Positions 1 to 10,970 of a DNA stretch of 64,000 bases are shown one piece after another. The stretch is from Rebecca billardiae RCC1528 (taxonomy: Eukaryota; Protista; Haptophyta). The stretch spans positions 3,410,001 through 3,474,000 of the forward strand of contig OZ251226.1 in assembly GCA_965240325.2 (NCBI GenBank), given 5' to 3'. Made by a program: the position numbers and the translations under genes. Every line of letters starts with the position of its first letter. Position 1 is the stretch's first letter. The notes beneath the pieces were generated by a model. The model was given only the letters and a program-made list of their open reading frames with translations. It did not search any database and was not told the DNA's origin.

Positions 1-2
1 CG

Positions 3-80
3 GCGGAGGGCGGCGCGTGCGACCCCGCCGCGGAGAGGGCGTGCGAGGACGATGCGCAGGCCGAGGCGGACACGGACGGG

Positions 81-113
<33 letters not shown>

Positions 114-3100
114 CGCAGCCCCGAGCTCGCCGCGGCCGGCTGGCTCTCCGCGCTCGGCCGTGCGCAGCTGGCGCAGCTGCGCGCGCCGCGCGCCGCCGCC
201 GCCGCCCCTGCCACCTGCGCCGCGCCGCCCGCCGCCGCCGCCGCCCCTGCCGCCGCCGCCGCGCCGCCCGCCGCCCTCGCCGTGTGCGGCCGGCCGCTGC
301 CCGAGGCGTTCGCGCGCGCCCTCGAGCGCGAGTGCGCGTCCGAGGCGCAGCGCGCGCGGCGGGCGCGGCGGCACGCGCTGGTCGCCACGCTGCGCGCGCC
401 GCACAACGAGCGCACGCCGAGCGTGGGCGCCGTGCGGCGCGCGGCCGCCGCGGCGGAGGGCCTCGCGCCGCCGCGTGGCGTGAGCGGCGTGGTGGTGCGG
501 GCGCGCGCGCCGCCCGCCTTCGCCTTCGAGCTGACGGCGCAGCCCGAGGCGGACGGCCGCGCGGCGCTGCTGTATCTGCACGAGGCGGTGCGCGTCGCGC
601 AGGCGGCCGCGGCCGCGCCGCGCCAGCCGCGCGCGCCGCCGCGCGACGCGGTGCGCGCCGCCTCCCAGCAAGCAGCGGCGGCGGCGGCGGCAGCGCCCGC
701 CGCCGCGCCGCCCTCGGCACCCACGCCGCCGCACCACCACCACCACCCCCCGCCGCCGCTGCCGTGCCTCACCGTCGGGCTGCTGGGCGACGTGGCGCAC
801 GGCAAGTCTGCGCTGTGTGCGGCGCTGACGGCCGAGAGGACGCAGCGCCACTCGGCCGAGCGGCGCGCGCACGGCGCGACGCTCAAGCTCGGGTACGCGA
901 GCGCGCGGCTGCACGCGTGCGCGTGCGCGTGCGCGCGCTGCGGGCCGCGCGGCGGCGGCGGCGGCGGCGCGGACGACGACGACGCCGCTTGCGCGCGCGA
1001 CGCGGCGGCCGTGCCGCGCGCGGCCGTGCCGCGCGCGGCCGAGGCGGGCGCGGCCGAGGCGGGCTTGGCCCCTACTCCTACTCCTACTCCTACTCCTACT
1101 CCTACTCCTACGCCTACGCCTACGCCTACTCGTACTCCGTGCACCTGCCACTTCGCCACATGCGCCGAGCTCGCCCCCGCCCCGCCGGCGTGCCCCGCGT
1201 GCGCCCGCCCGATGCGCGCGCATCGCCAGCTCTGCCTCGTCGACAGCCCGGGCCACGCGCGACTAGGCGGCGTGGCGGTGCGCGCGTGCGGTGCGCTGGA
1301 CGGCGCAATTCTCGTCGCGAGTGCGACGCAGCCGTGTCCGAGCGCGCAGGCGCGCGCGCACCTCGCGGCGCTCGACGCCGCGGCGCAGCTCGCGCCCGGG
1401 CAGCTCGCCATCGTGCAGACCAAGGCCGACCGCCTCGCGTGCGCCGCGCGCGCGCGCGGCGCGGCCGACGCCGAGGCGGGCGCTGCGGCTGTGGCGCACG
1501 CGCTCGGCGCGCACGCGGCGAGCGCGCGCGCGGCGCTCGGCGCGAGCCGGCTCGGGCGCGCGGCGCCGATCATCCCGGCGGCGGCGCTGCTCGGCATCGG
1601 CCTCGACGCGCTCGCGCGCTGGCTCGCGCTCCTCCCCGCACCGCCGCCTCCGCCACACCTCGACCAGAGCGGCGACACCCTCGGCGGCGCCAGCGGCCCC
1701 GCGCCTCCGCCGCTGCTGCGCGCGCTGCGCTCCTTCGACGTGAACCGGCCGGGCGCGCGCGCGGCGCGGCTGGCGGGCGGCGTGCTGGGCGGCGTGGTGG
1801 AGGGCGGGGCGGTGCGCGAGGGAGACGCGCTGGAGGTGCGGCCGGGGCTCGCCGTGCGCGCGGCGGGCACCACGCCCGCCGGCGCGCCGCTCGCCGTCCG
1901 GCCGCTGCGCGCCACCGTCGAGGGCGCGGCGCGCGGCGGCGCGCGCGCGCGCGCCGCGGAGGGCGGCGGGCTGTGGGCCGTGCGCACGACGCTGTGCCCC
2001 TCGCTGTGCGCGGCGGACCGGCTGGCGGGGTCGCTGGGCGGGCGGCCGGGCACGCTGCCGCCCGTGTGGCACACCATCGACCTCGCGCACCTCGCCCGCG
2101 CCACAGACGACGCCGAGCCGCCGCGCCGCGCCGAGGCGGGCGCGGCGGACGCGCCCGGCGCGCCGCCGCGCCGCGCCCGCCGCGCCGCGGCCGCGCGGCT
2201 CGCGGCGGCGTGCGCCGAGGCGGTGCTGGCGGAGGACGAGGGCGTCGCCGAGCCACGCGCCCGCGCACACACCGCCGCGTGCCACGCCGAGCCCGCCGCC
2301 TCCGACGCGCCGCCGCCGCGCGAGCACGCCGCCGCGCGGGCGCGCGTGCTGCGTGCGGGCGAGGCCGTCGTCGTGCACGCGGGCTGCGCGGCGGTGCGCG
2401 GGGTGGTGGGCGCCGTCTCGCGCCGGGCGCAGACGGCGCGCGTGCAGCTGGGCGAGGCGCTCTGCGCGCCGCTGGGCTGCGCGCTCACCCTCGAGGCCGA
2501 GCGCGCCGCCCCGCCCGACGCGCAGCAGAGCGGCAGCGGCTGCGGCAGCGGCGGCGGCTGCGGCAGCGGCGGCGGCAGCAGCAGCGCGGAGCGCGCGCGC
2601 GAGGCTGCGGCGCCGCCGATGATGCGCCTGTGCGCGCGCGCCGTGCTGGCGGGCGGCGCGGAGTGCGCGGTGCTCGGCGAGGCGGACGCGGGCGAGAGCG
2701 AGGCGGTCGAGCGCGCTGGGCCCGGCGCCGCTGCGCCCACCGAGCCGCGCGCTGAGTCGCCGGCGCCGCGCGCGCCCCCGGCCGCGCCGCCGCCGTGCGC
2801 GCCGCTGCGGGCCGAGCCGGCGGCGGCAGCGCGCGGCGCGGAGCAGTGCGCGCCGCCGCCGCTTCCGGACGCGGGCGAGGAGAGCGCGTGGCGCGAGCGC
2901 GTCGCGCGCGCGCTCCTCCGCCCCGCCGACGCCGACGCCGGCGCCGACGCCCTCGGCGCGCGCGCGGCGCCGCGGCTGCCGCCCCTCGAGCTCGCGCGCG
3001 AGGGCGGCGCGCGCGTGGTGTGGGCGACGTTTGCGCGCACGGCGGCGGCGCTGGGCAGGCCGCCGGCGCAGCTGGAGGCGTACCTGCGCGCGGAGGGCGG

Positions 3101-3347
3101 GCTGCGGTGCGCGCGCGCGCTCGAGGGCGGCAGCGCGCTGCGCGTGCGCTGGGCGGGCCACGGGCTGGCGCAGCGGCTGTGCGCGCTGCTGCGCGCGTAC
3201 GCGCGCGAGACGGTGCAGTGCCACGAGTGCGGCGGGTTCGAGTCTCGGCTCTCGCGTGCCAGGGGCGACGGCAGGCCCGTCGGTGGGCGCGTGGAGCTCC
3301 AGTGCGCGCACTGCTGCGCGACGCGCTTCGTCCGCGCGTACGCCTGA
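3..3347 (+). CDS. Divergent eIF2 fusion protein (eIF2-alpha C-terminal domain + eIF2-gamma GTPase + eIF2-beta core/Zn finger); 5' end lies upstream of the window
   Basis: Frame 3 is stop-free from base 3, so the GTG at 282 is not a real start. Gamma motifs: TVGLLGDVAHGKS (786-809), TLKLGYA, LVDSPGH, ASATQPCPSAQARAHL, TKAD, RSFDVNRPG, GGVLGG, CAADRLAG. Beta-like C-terminus: REGGARVVWATF..GRPPAQLEAYLRAE..LRAYARETVQCHEC..LQCAHC. Alpha-like segment at ~297-603: LPEAFARALE..SVGAVRRAA..VVVRARAPPAF..G..AL. Confidence 0.85.
1071..1140 (+). repeat. (CCTACT/CCTACG)n hexamer repeat encoding a Pro-Thr linker inside the eIF2-gamma Zn-knuckle insert
   Basis: Directly visible tandem repeat, in frame as PTPTPT. 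Confidence 0.9.
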
Positions 3348-3432
3348 GCCCAGGACGGCCTCCATTGTATCATGCGACGTTCTTGCCGTAAATCAAGTGA
3401 TGGGCTTTTGGCGATCAAATCTGATGACCGAG

Positions 3433-3701
3433 CAAGGGGCTTACAAAATACCACTGGGGGCGAAAGCGCCAGTGCGGAGCCCCGTCGCGACCCCGGCTCC
3501 TCAAACGGAAAGTGTCCGGTAGCTCTTATGGAAAAAAGACCGGAATGCCTTGAAAGAATACGAGATGTGTCGACAGATTACCCGCTTTCCCGGATTCAAA
3601 CTTCTCGCACAGTGTTTTCCACTCACCGGACACAATCCGTTTGAGGAGCCGGGGTGGCGACGACTGTGTTTCGCCCCCAGTGGTATTTTGTAAGCCCCTT
3701 G
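3433..3701. mobile_element. MITE (269 bp) with 33-bp perfect TIRs and 7-bp TSD
   Basis: CAAGGGGCTTACAAAATACCACTGGGGGCGAAA (3433-3465) and its exact reverse complement (3669-3701). GACCGAG on both flanks (3426-3432, 3702-3708). Additional subterminal inverted repeat ~3483-3520 vs ~3625-3662. Confidence 0.92.
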
Positions 3702-4041
3702 GACCGAGCAGCCAATGATCTGGAGATCACTCGTTCCGATTGACGTGGCCGATTGTCAGTCGGAGGCCCTGACTGTACCGTACGTACTCATCAACTATGA
3801 TAATACTCATTTTGACTTGCGCTCGCATAGATCGTGATTTGAGATGCGTCGGGAGATCGCGCTCGCCAACCGCGGTACTTATCGGAGCTCGTTTAGCGCG
3901 GGTTCCATGATGAATACACCGCTTGGTGGCGCGCCCCCGTTTTCGTTTCTCAGCAGCGGTTCGTTCAATCACGTTGCCGCGCGCGCCCTCGAGCTCTCAG
4001 CTGCCGAGTGCATGCCCGCTCGCCAGGCCGAGTGGGGGGCA

Positions 4042-7000
4042 ATGACGAGGCCGCTCCTCGCGCTGCTCCTCGCGGGGCTCGCGCTCGCTGGGGCCGCGGC
4101 GGAGCCGGGCGCGCACGCCGTGGCCGTCCACGCGCCCCTTACCACGCACGCGGACGCCGCCGTCCCCGCGCTCCTCCCCGCGCGCCGCTCGGCCGTCTCG
4201 ACGACCGCTCGGGCCGCCACCGACGGCGCGCACTCGCCGGCCGGCCGCCGGCTCGCGGGCGGCGGCGAGTCTGGCGGCGGCGCGGCGGCGGAGTCGCGCG
4301 GCGAGGCGCGCCTCGGCCCGTTCGAGGGCTGGCCGAGCCTCGCGCTCCTCATCGCGCTGTGCGCGTGCGCGTGCTGCGTGCTGCCTCTGGTCGTCCTCTT
4401 CTTCTCGCACCGGCTGCGCGCGCTGCAGCGCGGGCTGGGCGCGCAGCCCTCGAGCGCGGTGCCGCTGGTGATGATCACCGACACGGGGCAGGGTGCGCGC
4501 GCCGCCGCGCGCGCCGCGCCCCGCCGCGCTGCCGCCCGCGCCCGCCGCTTCCCCCCCCCCCCCCCGGCAGCGCCGCGCGCGCCGCGCCGTGCCACCGTGC
4601 CGCCGCTCGCGCGCGCGCCGCGCGCCTCTGACGTGCGCGCGCGCGCGCGCGCGCCGCGGCGTGCCGCACAGACCTGGATGACGAGATGGCGCTGATCATG
4701 TGCCGCTTCCTCGTCGACCAGGGCCTCGTCGACCTCCGCGCGGTCGTCGCCAACCTGCAGCCCGCGCTCGCGCGCGCGCGGCTCGTGCGCGGCACGCTCG
4801 ACCTGCTGCGGCTGCGGGACGTGCCGGTGGGCGCCGGGACGGACGGCGGCTCGCGCGCGCAGGGGGACACGTTCAGCGACACGGCGGCGCAGTACATGCC
4901 CACGGCGCAGGCGGCGCGCACGCTCTCCATCGAGCCCGGCCTCGCCCTCCTCAAGCGCGTCCTCAGCGCCGCCGCGCCCGCCTCTGTCACGCTGCTGCTG
5001 ATCTCGTCGCTGCGAGATGCGGCCATCCTGCTGCGGGACTACCCCGCGCTGGTGCGGGAGAAGGTGGCGCGCGTGGTGATCATGGGCGGCGTGGAGCTGC
5101 CGCCCGCGCTGCGCGACGCGTCGGAGCCGGGCGCGCAGGACGCCGCCGCCGCCGCCCCCTCGCTGCGCGCCAGCCGCGTGGCGCGGCCGCCGGCCACGTC
5201 TGCCGGCTGGGCGTGCAGCGGCTGTGCGCGCCCGTCTGCAGCGGCCGCGCGCTGGAGCCACTCGTCCGACTCGGTGCGCACGGCGCTGCACGCGTGGACG
5301 GGGGCGGGGCGGGGCGCGCAGCCCTCCGCCGCGGACGGCGACGACGGGGCGGACGACTTCCTGCGCCCCGACTCGGCGCACAACAACATGGTGCGCGCGC
5401 GCGCGACGCGCGCCGCACCGCTGCCGGCGCGCGCGGCGCGGCCGGCGCGCGCCGACGGCTCTGACGGCTGTCTCTGCTTGCGCGCCACCCCGCCCCCGCG
5501 CGCCGCGTGCAGTTCGACATGCGCTCGGCGCGCTTCGTGTACAGCGCGCTGCAGGAGATGGGCGTGCCCATGACCGTCGTCTCGCGCCACGCCGCGTACG
5601 CCGCGCCCGTGCGGCGCGACATCTACGACCACCTCGCGCAGAGCGGCAGCCCGATCGGCTGGCGGCTGCGCAAGGTGCAGCGCGAGAGCATCGAGCAGCT
5701 GTGGCGGCGGGCGTGCGCGCCGCCGGGCTCCGCGGAGCGCGAGGGCCTGCCCGAGCGCTGCACCAAGGAGTGGTTCTCACAGACGTTCTGCGCGGGCGAG
5801 GCGGGCGGGCGCGCGCGCGAGGACGCCATCTGGGGTGCGCGGCACGCGCGCGGCGGCCGCGCGGCGGCCGCGCGGCGGCCGCGCGGCGCAGCGGCGGCGC
5901 AGCAGCGCGCGCCGATTGCGCGCGCGCTCACCCCCGCCGCGCCGCGCCGCCCCTGTTTGTGCAGACCTGGTGCAGAGCTTCAACATGTACGACGTGATCT
6001 CGCTGCTCGCGTGCGTGCCCGCGCTGGCGGACGCCCTGCTCGCCCCCACGGAGCTGCAGGTGCGCGGCACCAGGCACGCGCTGGTCGGGCTCTCGGCGGC
6101 GGTGCCGGGCGTGCAGGACGCGAAGGCGATGAGCGTGTTCGTCGCGCGCGGCCTCGCGATGGGCGTGGGCGCGACGACCGAGGCCGCGGCGCGCACGCCC
6201 CTCCTCGTGTTCGTGGTGGACGAGCCCAACGTGCCGGCAGCGCTGATGCTGTCGTTGCTGGCCGCGCTCGCGTCCTCCAACGTGGTCACGTGCGCGGGGC
6301 TGGTCGTGGTCGAGCGCGCGGCCGCGGGGATGGCGTCGGACCTGCGCGCGGCCGAGCTCTGCGCCGAGCTCGGCCTCTCGGGCGTGTGCCCCGTGCTCAC
6401 CCTCTCCGAGGCCGACGCGTCGCGCGGCGCCGTCGAGCGCATCTGCGCGCTCTACGACGGGCTGGACGCGCTCGACCTGGTGCTCTGCGGCGCGGCGCCC
6501 AGGGTGCTCGCGGCGCTCGCGCGGCGGCGGCCGCGGCTCTTCCGCGAGAAGACGGCGAGCGTGACGTGCCGGGGCACGCTCGGCGTGGTCGCCGAGCGGC
6601 GCATGCGCGGCGGCGGGCCGCACTCCGCCTCCGACGCGTCCTCCACCTCGCACGGCGGCGGGCACGCGCGCTCCTCCACCTCCGCGGGCGGCACGGTCTC
6701 CGACCTCGAGGGCGACGCGATCTACAGCGACCTCTCGCCCTCGGGCGCGGGGCGGCTGGGGCCGCAGGGGCTGAGGCGCGGGAGGCAGGGCACGGGGCAC
6801 GTCGGGCACAGCCGGCACGCCACGGGCGTGATGCCGCTGGCGGGCGGCGGCGGCGGCGGCGCGGCGGGCGGCGGCGGCGGCGGCATCCGGCGCGGTCGCG
6901 GCATGACGTCGGCGCTCGCGCAGCGGGCACCGCGGCTGCTGCCGAGCGCGACCTCGCCCGGCTCTGTCGGGCGGAGCTCGGGGCGTGTGAGCGGCGCGAG

Positions 7001-8825
7001 CACCGACCCGGAGCAGGAGCACGGCGGCTCCGGCCGCTGCTCCGCCGCCTCGCACTCGTCCTCCGCCGCCCAGCGCCCCTCGCTCATGGACGCGCGCGCG
7101 GTCGCGCGACAGCTCGAGGCGCTGCGCGCGCGCGGCGGCGGCCACGGCGCGTGCGCGGGCGGCGGCGCGGAGGAGGACCCGGGACCGTCCGTCTCTGCGG
7201 CCGTGTCGGTGGCCGCGTCGGCGGACAGCTCGCCCAACCCCACGCCGCCCGGCCGCTCGCGCCACCACGAGGCCGGGGCGGGCCCCTCGCTCTCGACCGT
7301 GGCCGAGCTGACGACGCTGCAGGAGTTCTCAGGCGACGAGGACGAGGAGGAGGTGGAGGGCGAGGCGGCGCAGCGGCAGCGGCAGCAGCGCGCCGAGGCG
7401 GACGAGGCGGCGCGCGAGGAGGGCGCCGAGCCGCAGCAGCAGCAGCACGGCGGCGGCGGCGGCGGCCGCGCGGCCGACGTCTCCGTCGACTCCGCGGGCG
7501 TCGAGATCATCGCGAGATGCGTCGACCTGGGCGTGCCGCTGCGGCTGGTGCCTCCGCCCCTCGTGGACGCGTGCGCCGTGCCGCGCCAGCTGCTCGACGA
7601 GGTGTGGCGCGCGGCGGGCGGCTCGAGGCGCGCGCTCGGCGGCCGCGTGCGCGCGCGCGCAAAGTACGCGTCGCTCGCCGCGGCGCAGCGGCTGGTGGGC
7701 GCGGCGGGCGCCGAGGGGGCGAAGCGGCTCGAGCGCACGCACGGCGTGCCGGCTGCGCTGACGCTGGACGTCGTCAGCGGCCGCGCCGTGCCGCCGCCGC
7801 CCGGCGCCGCGGCCGACGCGGAGCGCGCCGCGCTCGAGGCGCGCGAGGACGCGCTGTGGCAGGCGGTGCGCACCGTGCCCGCGCCGCTCGTCGCGCCGCT
7901 CGCCGCCGCGACCGCGCGGCTGCACGCGCGCTACTTCTGCGTGGCCGCCGTCTCGCGGCACCGCGGCACGCGGCACGAGGAGCTGGGCTGGGCGCCGCAG
8001 CACCCCGAGGCACGCGCCGAGGCCGAGGCCGAGGCCGAGGCCGAGGGCGGCGGCGAGGCGGCCGCCGCGTCTGGGCTGCGCGCCCTCGTGTCCACCGCGC
8101 TGGTGGGCGTGCTCTTCCAGGCGGGCGTCGACGTGGAGCTCGGCGCGCCCACGGCGGGCGGCGTGCGCGCGCTGCACATCGACGGCATGGGCGAGGTTGG
8201 GCTGAGCGGCGAGCTGCCGCACTGGCTGATCGGCGGCGGGGAGGCGGAGGCGGCGGGCGGCGGCGCGGGCGGCGCGCGGGCGGCGCGCGGGCCCGCCGCG
8301 TGGCTGCGCGACGCGCGCGCGCGGCTGCGCGGCGCCGCCGGCGCGGACGGCCGCGCGAGCGCGCGCCGGCGCGGCTCGGGCGCCGCCGCCAGCGCCGCCG
8401 CCGTCGCGCCGGCCACCGCCACGCTCACGGCCGCCTCGCACGCGGCGGCGCTCGGCTCGGACGAGGCGCCGAGCTCGCTCGTGCAGGCGCGGCACGAGCC
8501 CGACGACCGCGCGCCGCCGCGCGACGGCGCGCCCGCCGCCGCCGACGCGGAGGGCGACGTCGAGGCCGGCGGCATCAAGCGCGCGCGCGACGCGCAGCGC
8601 GACGCGCAGCGCGGCGCCGGCCGCGCCGGCGGCGCGGCGGCCGGTGGCGCCGAGGAGGCGAGCGAGGTCGAGCTCTTCGCGCAGGTGATGCAGCGGGTGG
8701 AGGAGCGCACCCAGGCACCCGTGCCACCCTCGCCGGCGCGCCGCGGCCCGCGCGGCTCGAGGCGCTCCGTGGGCTCGGACGGCGGCCGCTCGCCCGCAAA
8801 CCTGCGGCGCTCGCCGGCACCGTGA
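4042..8825 (+). CDS. Signal peptide + TM protein with nucleoside-hydrolase (IU-NH)-like domain; 4 exons (introns 4493-4671, 5391-5512, 5835-5964)
   Basis: Signal peptide MTRPLLALLLAGLALAGAAA and TM LALLIALCACACCVLPLVVLFF. Splicing joins ITDTGQ|DLDDEMAL (NH Asp-rich Ca-binding motif). Further NH-like motifs VPVGAG, VVIMGG, AHNNM|FD, FNMYD. All three GT..AG introns keep frame. Confidence 0.75.
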
Positions 8826-10040
8826 CCAGGCTGCTGCTCGGATCGCCGACTGCCGCCATCCCTGAGTCGAGTCTCACGACCGGACACCGTCGGACTGCCG
8901 CCGTCTGTCCCGTCCGTCGGCGTGCGTCCCACCGCCGCACTCACGAGTCACGGCACGGGCCACGGCACAGCCGAGTCGTCACCCGCGGCCCGTTGGCCGC
9001 GGGCGGCTGACCGCTGAGGCTCCCTCGCCACGGCGCGGCCACGTCTCATAGTTACGAGTCAGCACCGTATCATATTGTTATCTTAATAGTAAAGGGTCAT
9101 TTCACCGCTATAACTGTCAGGCAGCCGCCATCATGCGTGACGACGTGCCGCCCACGCGGCCGCGCCACGTGCGTGAGCGCGTTCCCACATTCCCCGCGAC
9201 GGGGTCGCCGTCCCCAGCCGCTCCGACGCGCTCTTGGGGTCCGCGCGGGCCCTCAGCACCCTAAGAACCCATCCTACTCGTCGACGGCGCTGGCCTCGCC
9301 GCGTTGAATGTTACAACAGATAGCTTAGTGTGGTTCGAGCCCCGTGCACTGGCCGCGGCACTCGCATGACAGGTCCAGCGGCGCCCTGTGGGCAAGCGAG
9401 CCAAGAGGCGCAGCGAGTCCGGTCCGGCTGTAGTACAGGCCGAGCGCGAGCGCCTAGTTCCAGCCGCGCGCGCGCCGCGCCGCTGGCGCCGGGCTCGCCC
9501 GGGGCAGAAGGCGCCGTTGCAGCGCTCCTTCTGCCATCATGTGATCCGCCGGCAGGAAGACCTGACTTGCGCCCAGTTTGGACAAAAACATTGATGATGA
9601 CGATGGGTGCTGCGGGCCGAGAAGCATTATCATTATTGAATAACGACCGCTTTTGATGAATATGGCTGACTTCAAAATGATGATGACGACAATGTTATCA
9701 TCGTATATACATGATATTGATACCTGTAACTCCAAGGGCCGTACCTGTACGCCATGGAGATACAACTGAGGTCGTTGATGAGCCATGTGCGGGTAGATTA
9801 ACCTCCCACGACCTACTTGTCGTTAGGTTTAAGGTTTCTTATTGTCACTGATTGATAACAACATCACATGATTGAGATCACATGATCACAGTAAATATCT
9901 GAACCGCTGAAAAATTAGCTCATAGCAATCACCCCGGCACCCCCGTGACTCCGACCCTCCCCAACTTCGCGCCACTGGCCGAAGCGCAGGTGGACCACCC
10001 CGCCCACCACCCGCCTGAACCGCATCTGCAGGCCTTGACA

Positions 10041-10970
10041 ATGGACCGATTGCTCGAGCTGCACCTGCTGGACGTGCTCAACCGCCGACGCCAGCGCTCG
10101 CTACTCAACCCGCGTGAATCCACCACGCGCGGCGCACCTCCCCTCCTCCTCGCCCACCTCGAGCAGCAGATGCACGCCGGGACTGCGCTCGGCCCACCTG
10201 CCCGCGTGCCGGACGAGCACTGGCTGCCACTCGACAGCCGTGGCGGCGCTGGGCTTCTCGTGCCGCCGGGGCCCCATGCGCACGCTCCTCTCGCTCCTCA
10301 CATCGCGAGCTTTCCCGCCGTGGAGTCCCTGCCGCTCCCCTCCTGGCATCGCATGCTGGCGCAGCTCGGCCTCTCTCCGGCCGCCGCCGCCGCCGCGATG
10401 CCTCCTTCCCCCTCGTTGCCTCCGCCGCTCGCGCTTCTGCCCTTTGCGCAGCTCGAGCTCGGCGCGAACGCGTTGGACGAAGCACCCCCACCGGACCAGG
10501 TGGCTGAGCCGCCGCCAGCTGTTAATGACGAGCCGCATGACGAGGAGCAGGAGGACGACCTGAGGAGTGCGGCCGTGCACGAGCAGCGCTCAGCGGGCAC
10601 GCGCTGGGACCAGCCGACGCCGTGCACCGTGTGCAAGCGCATGTTCGCGACCAAGTACCAAGCCATGAAGCACTTCATGCGGGTGCACTTCAAGGGCGCA
10701 AAGCGGCACGTCTGCACGCGCTGCGGTGACAAGGCCTACGCCATGAAGGAGGACCTCACCACGCACCTGAAGGCGTGCGGGCGCGTGTTCCTGTGCTCGT
10801 GCGGCATGCGGCTGCGCTCGCGGGCGACGCTCACGCGCCACTGCCGGCTGACGACGCACGCGCCACTCTCGCTGGACGGCTACGAGGGTGCGCCGCAGCT
10901 TTCGCCGCCCACCCACGCAGCCGCGTCTGCGCATGGCATGGAGACGAGCGCATCCGACAGCACGGCGTGA
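10041..10970 (+). CDS. C2H2/C2HC zinc-finger transcription factor (STOP1/WIP/ATMIN-type finger array)
   Basis: CTVC..HFMRVH, CTRC..DLTTHLKACG, CSCG..LTRHCRLTTH; first ATG at 10041. Confidence 0.85.
   Translation: MDRLLELHLLDVLNRRRQRSLLNPRESTTRGAPPLLLAHLEQQMHAGTALGPPARVPDEHWLPLDSRGGAGLLVPPGPHAHAPLAPHIASFPAVESLPLPSWHRMLAQLGLSPAAAAAAMPPSPSLPPPLALLPFAQLELGANALDEAPPPDQVAEPPPAVNDEPHDEEQEDDLRSAAVHEQRSAGTRWDQPTPCTVCKRMFATKYQAMKHFMRVHFKGAKRHVCTRCGDKAYAMKEDLTTHLKACGRVFLCSCGMRLRSRATLTRHCRLTTHAPLSLDGYEGAPQLSPPTHAAASAHGMETSASDSTA

Noticed and set aside
282-284. GTG start of the eIF2 fusion ORF (and other GTG/TTG starts in the track)
   Set aside because: Eukaryotic locus; the frame is open upstream to the window edge, and ATG starts were chosen elsewhere
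17-2755. Long Arg/Ala/Gly-rich overlapping ORFs here and throughout (e.g. 1263..3365-, 5507..9010+, 13089..16373-, 35049..37349-, 59310..62219-)
   Set aside because: Shadow frames caused by stop-codon scarcity at very high GC; no motifs, and they overlap well-supported genes
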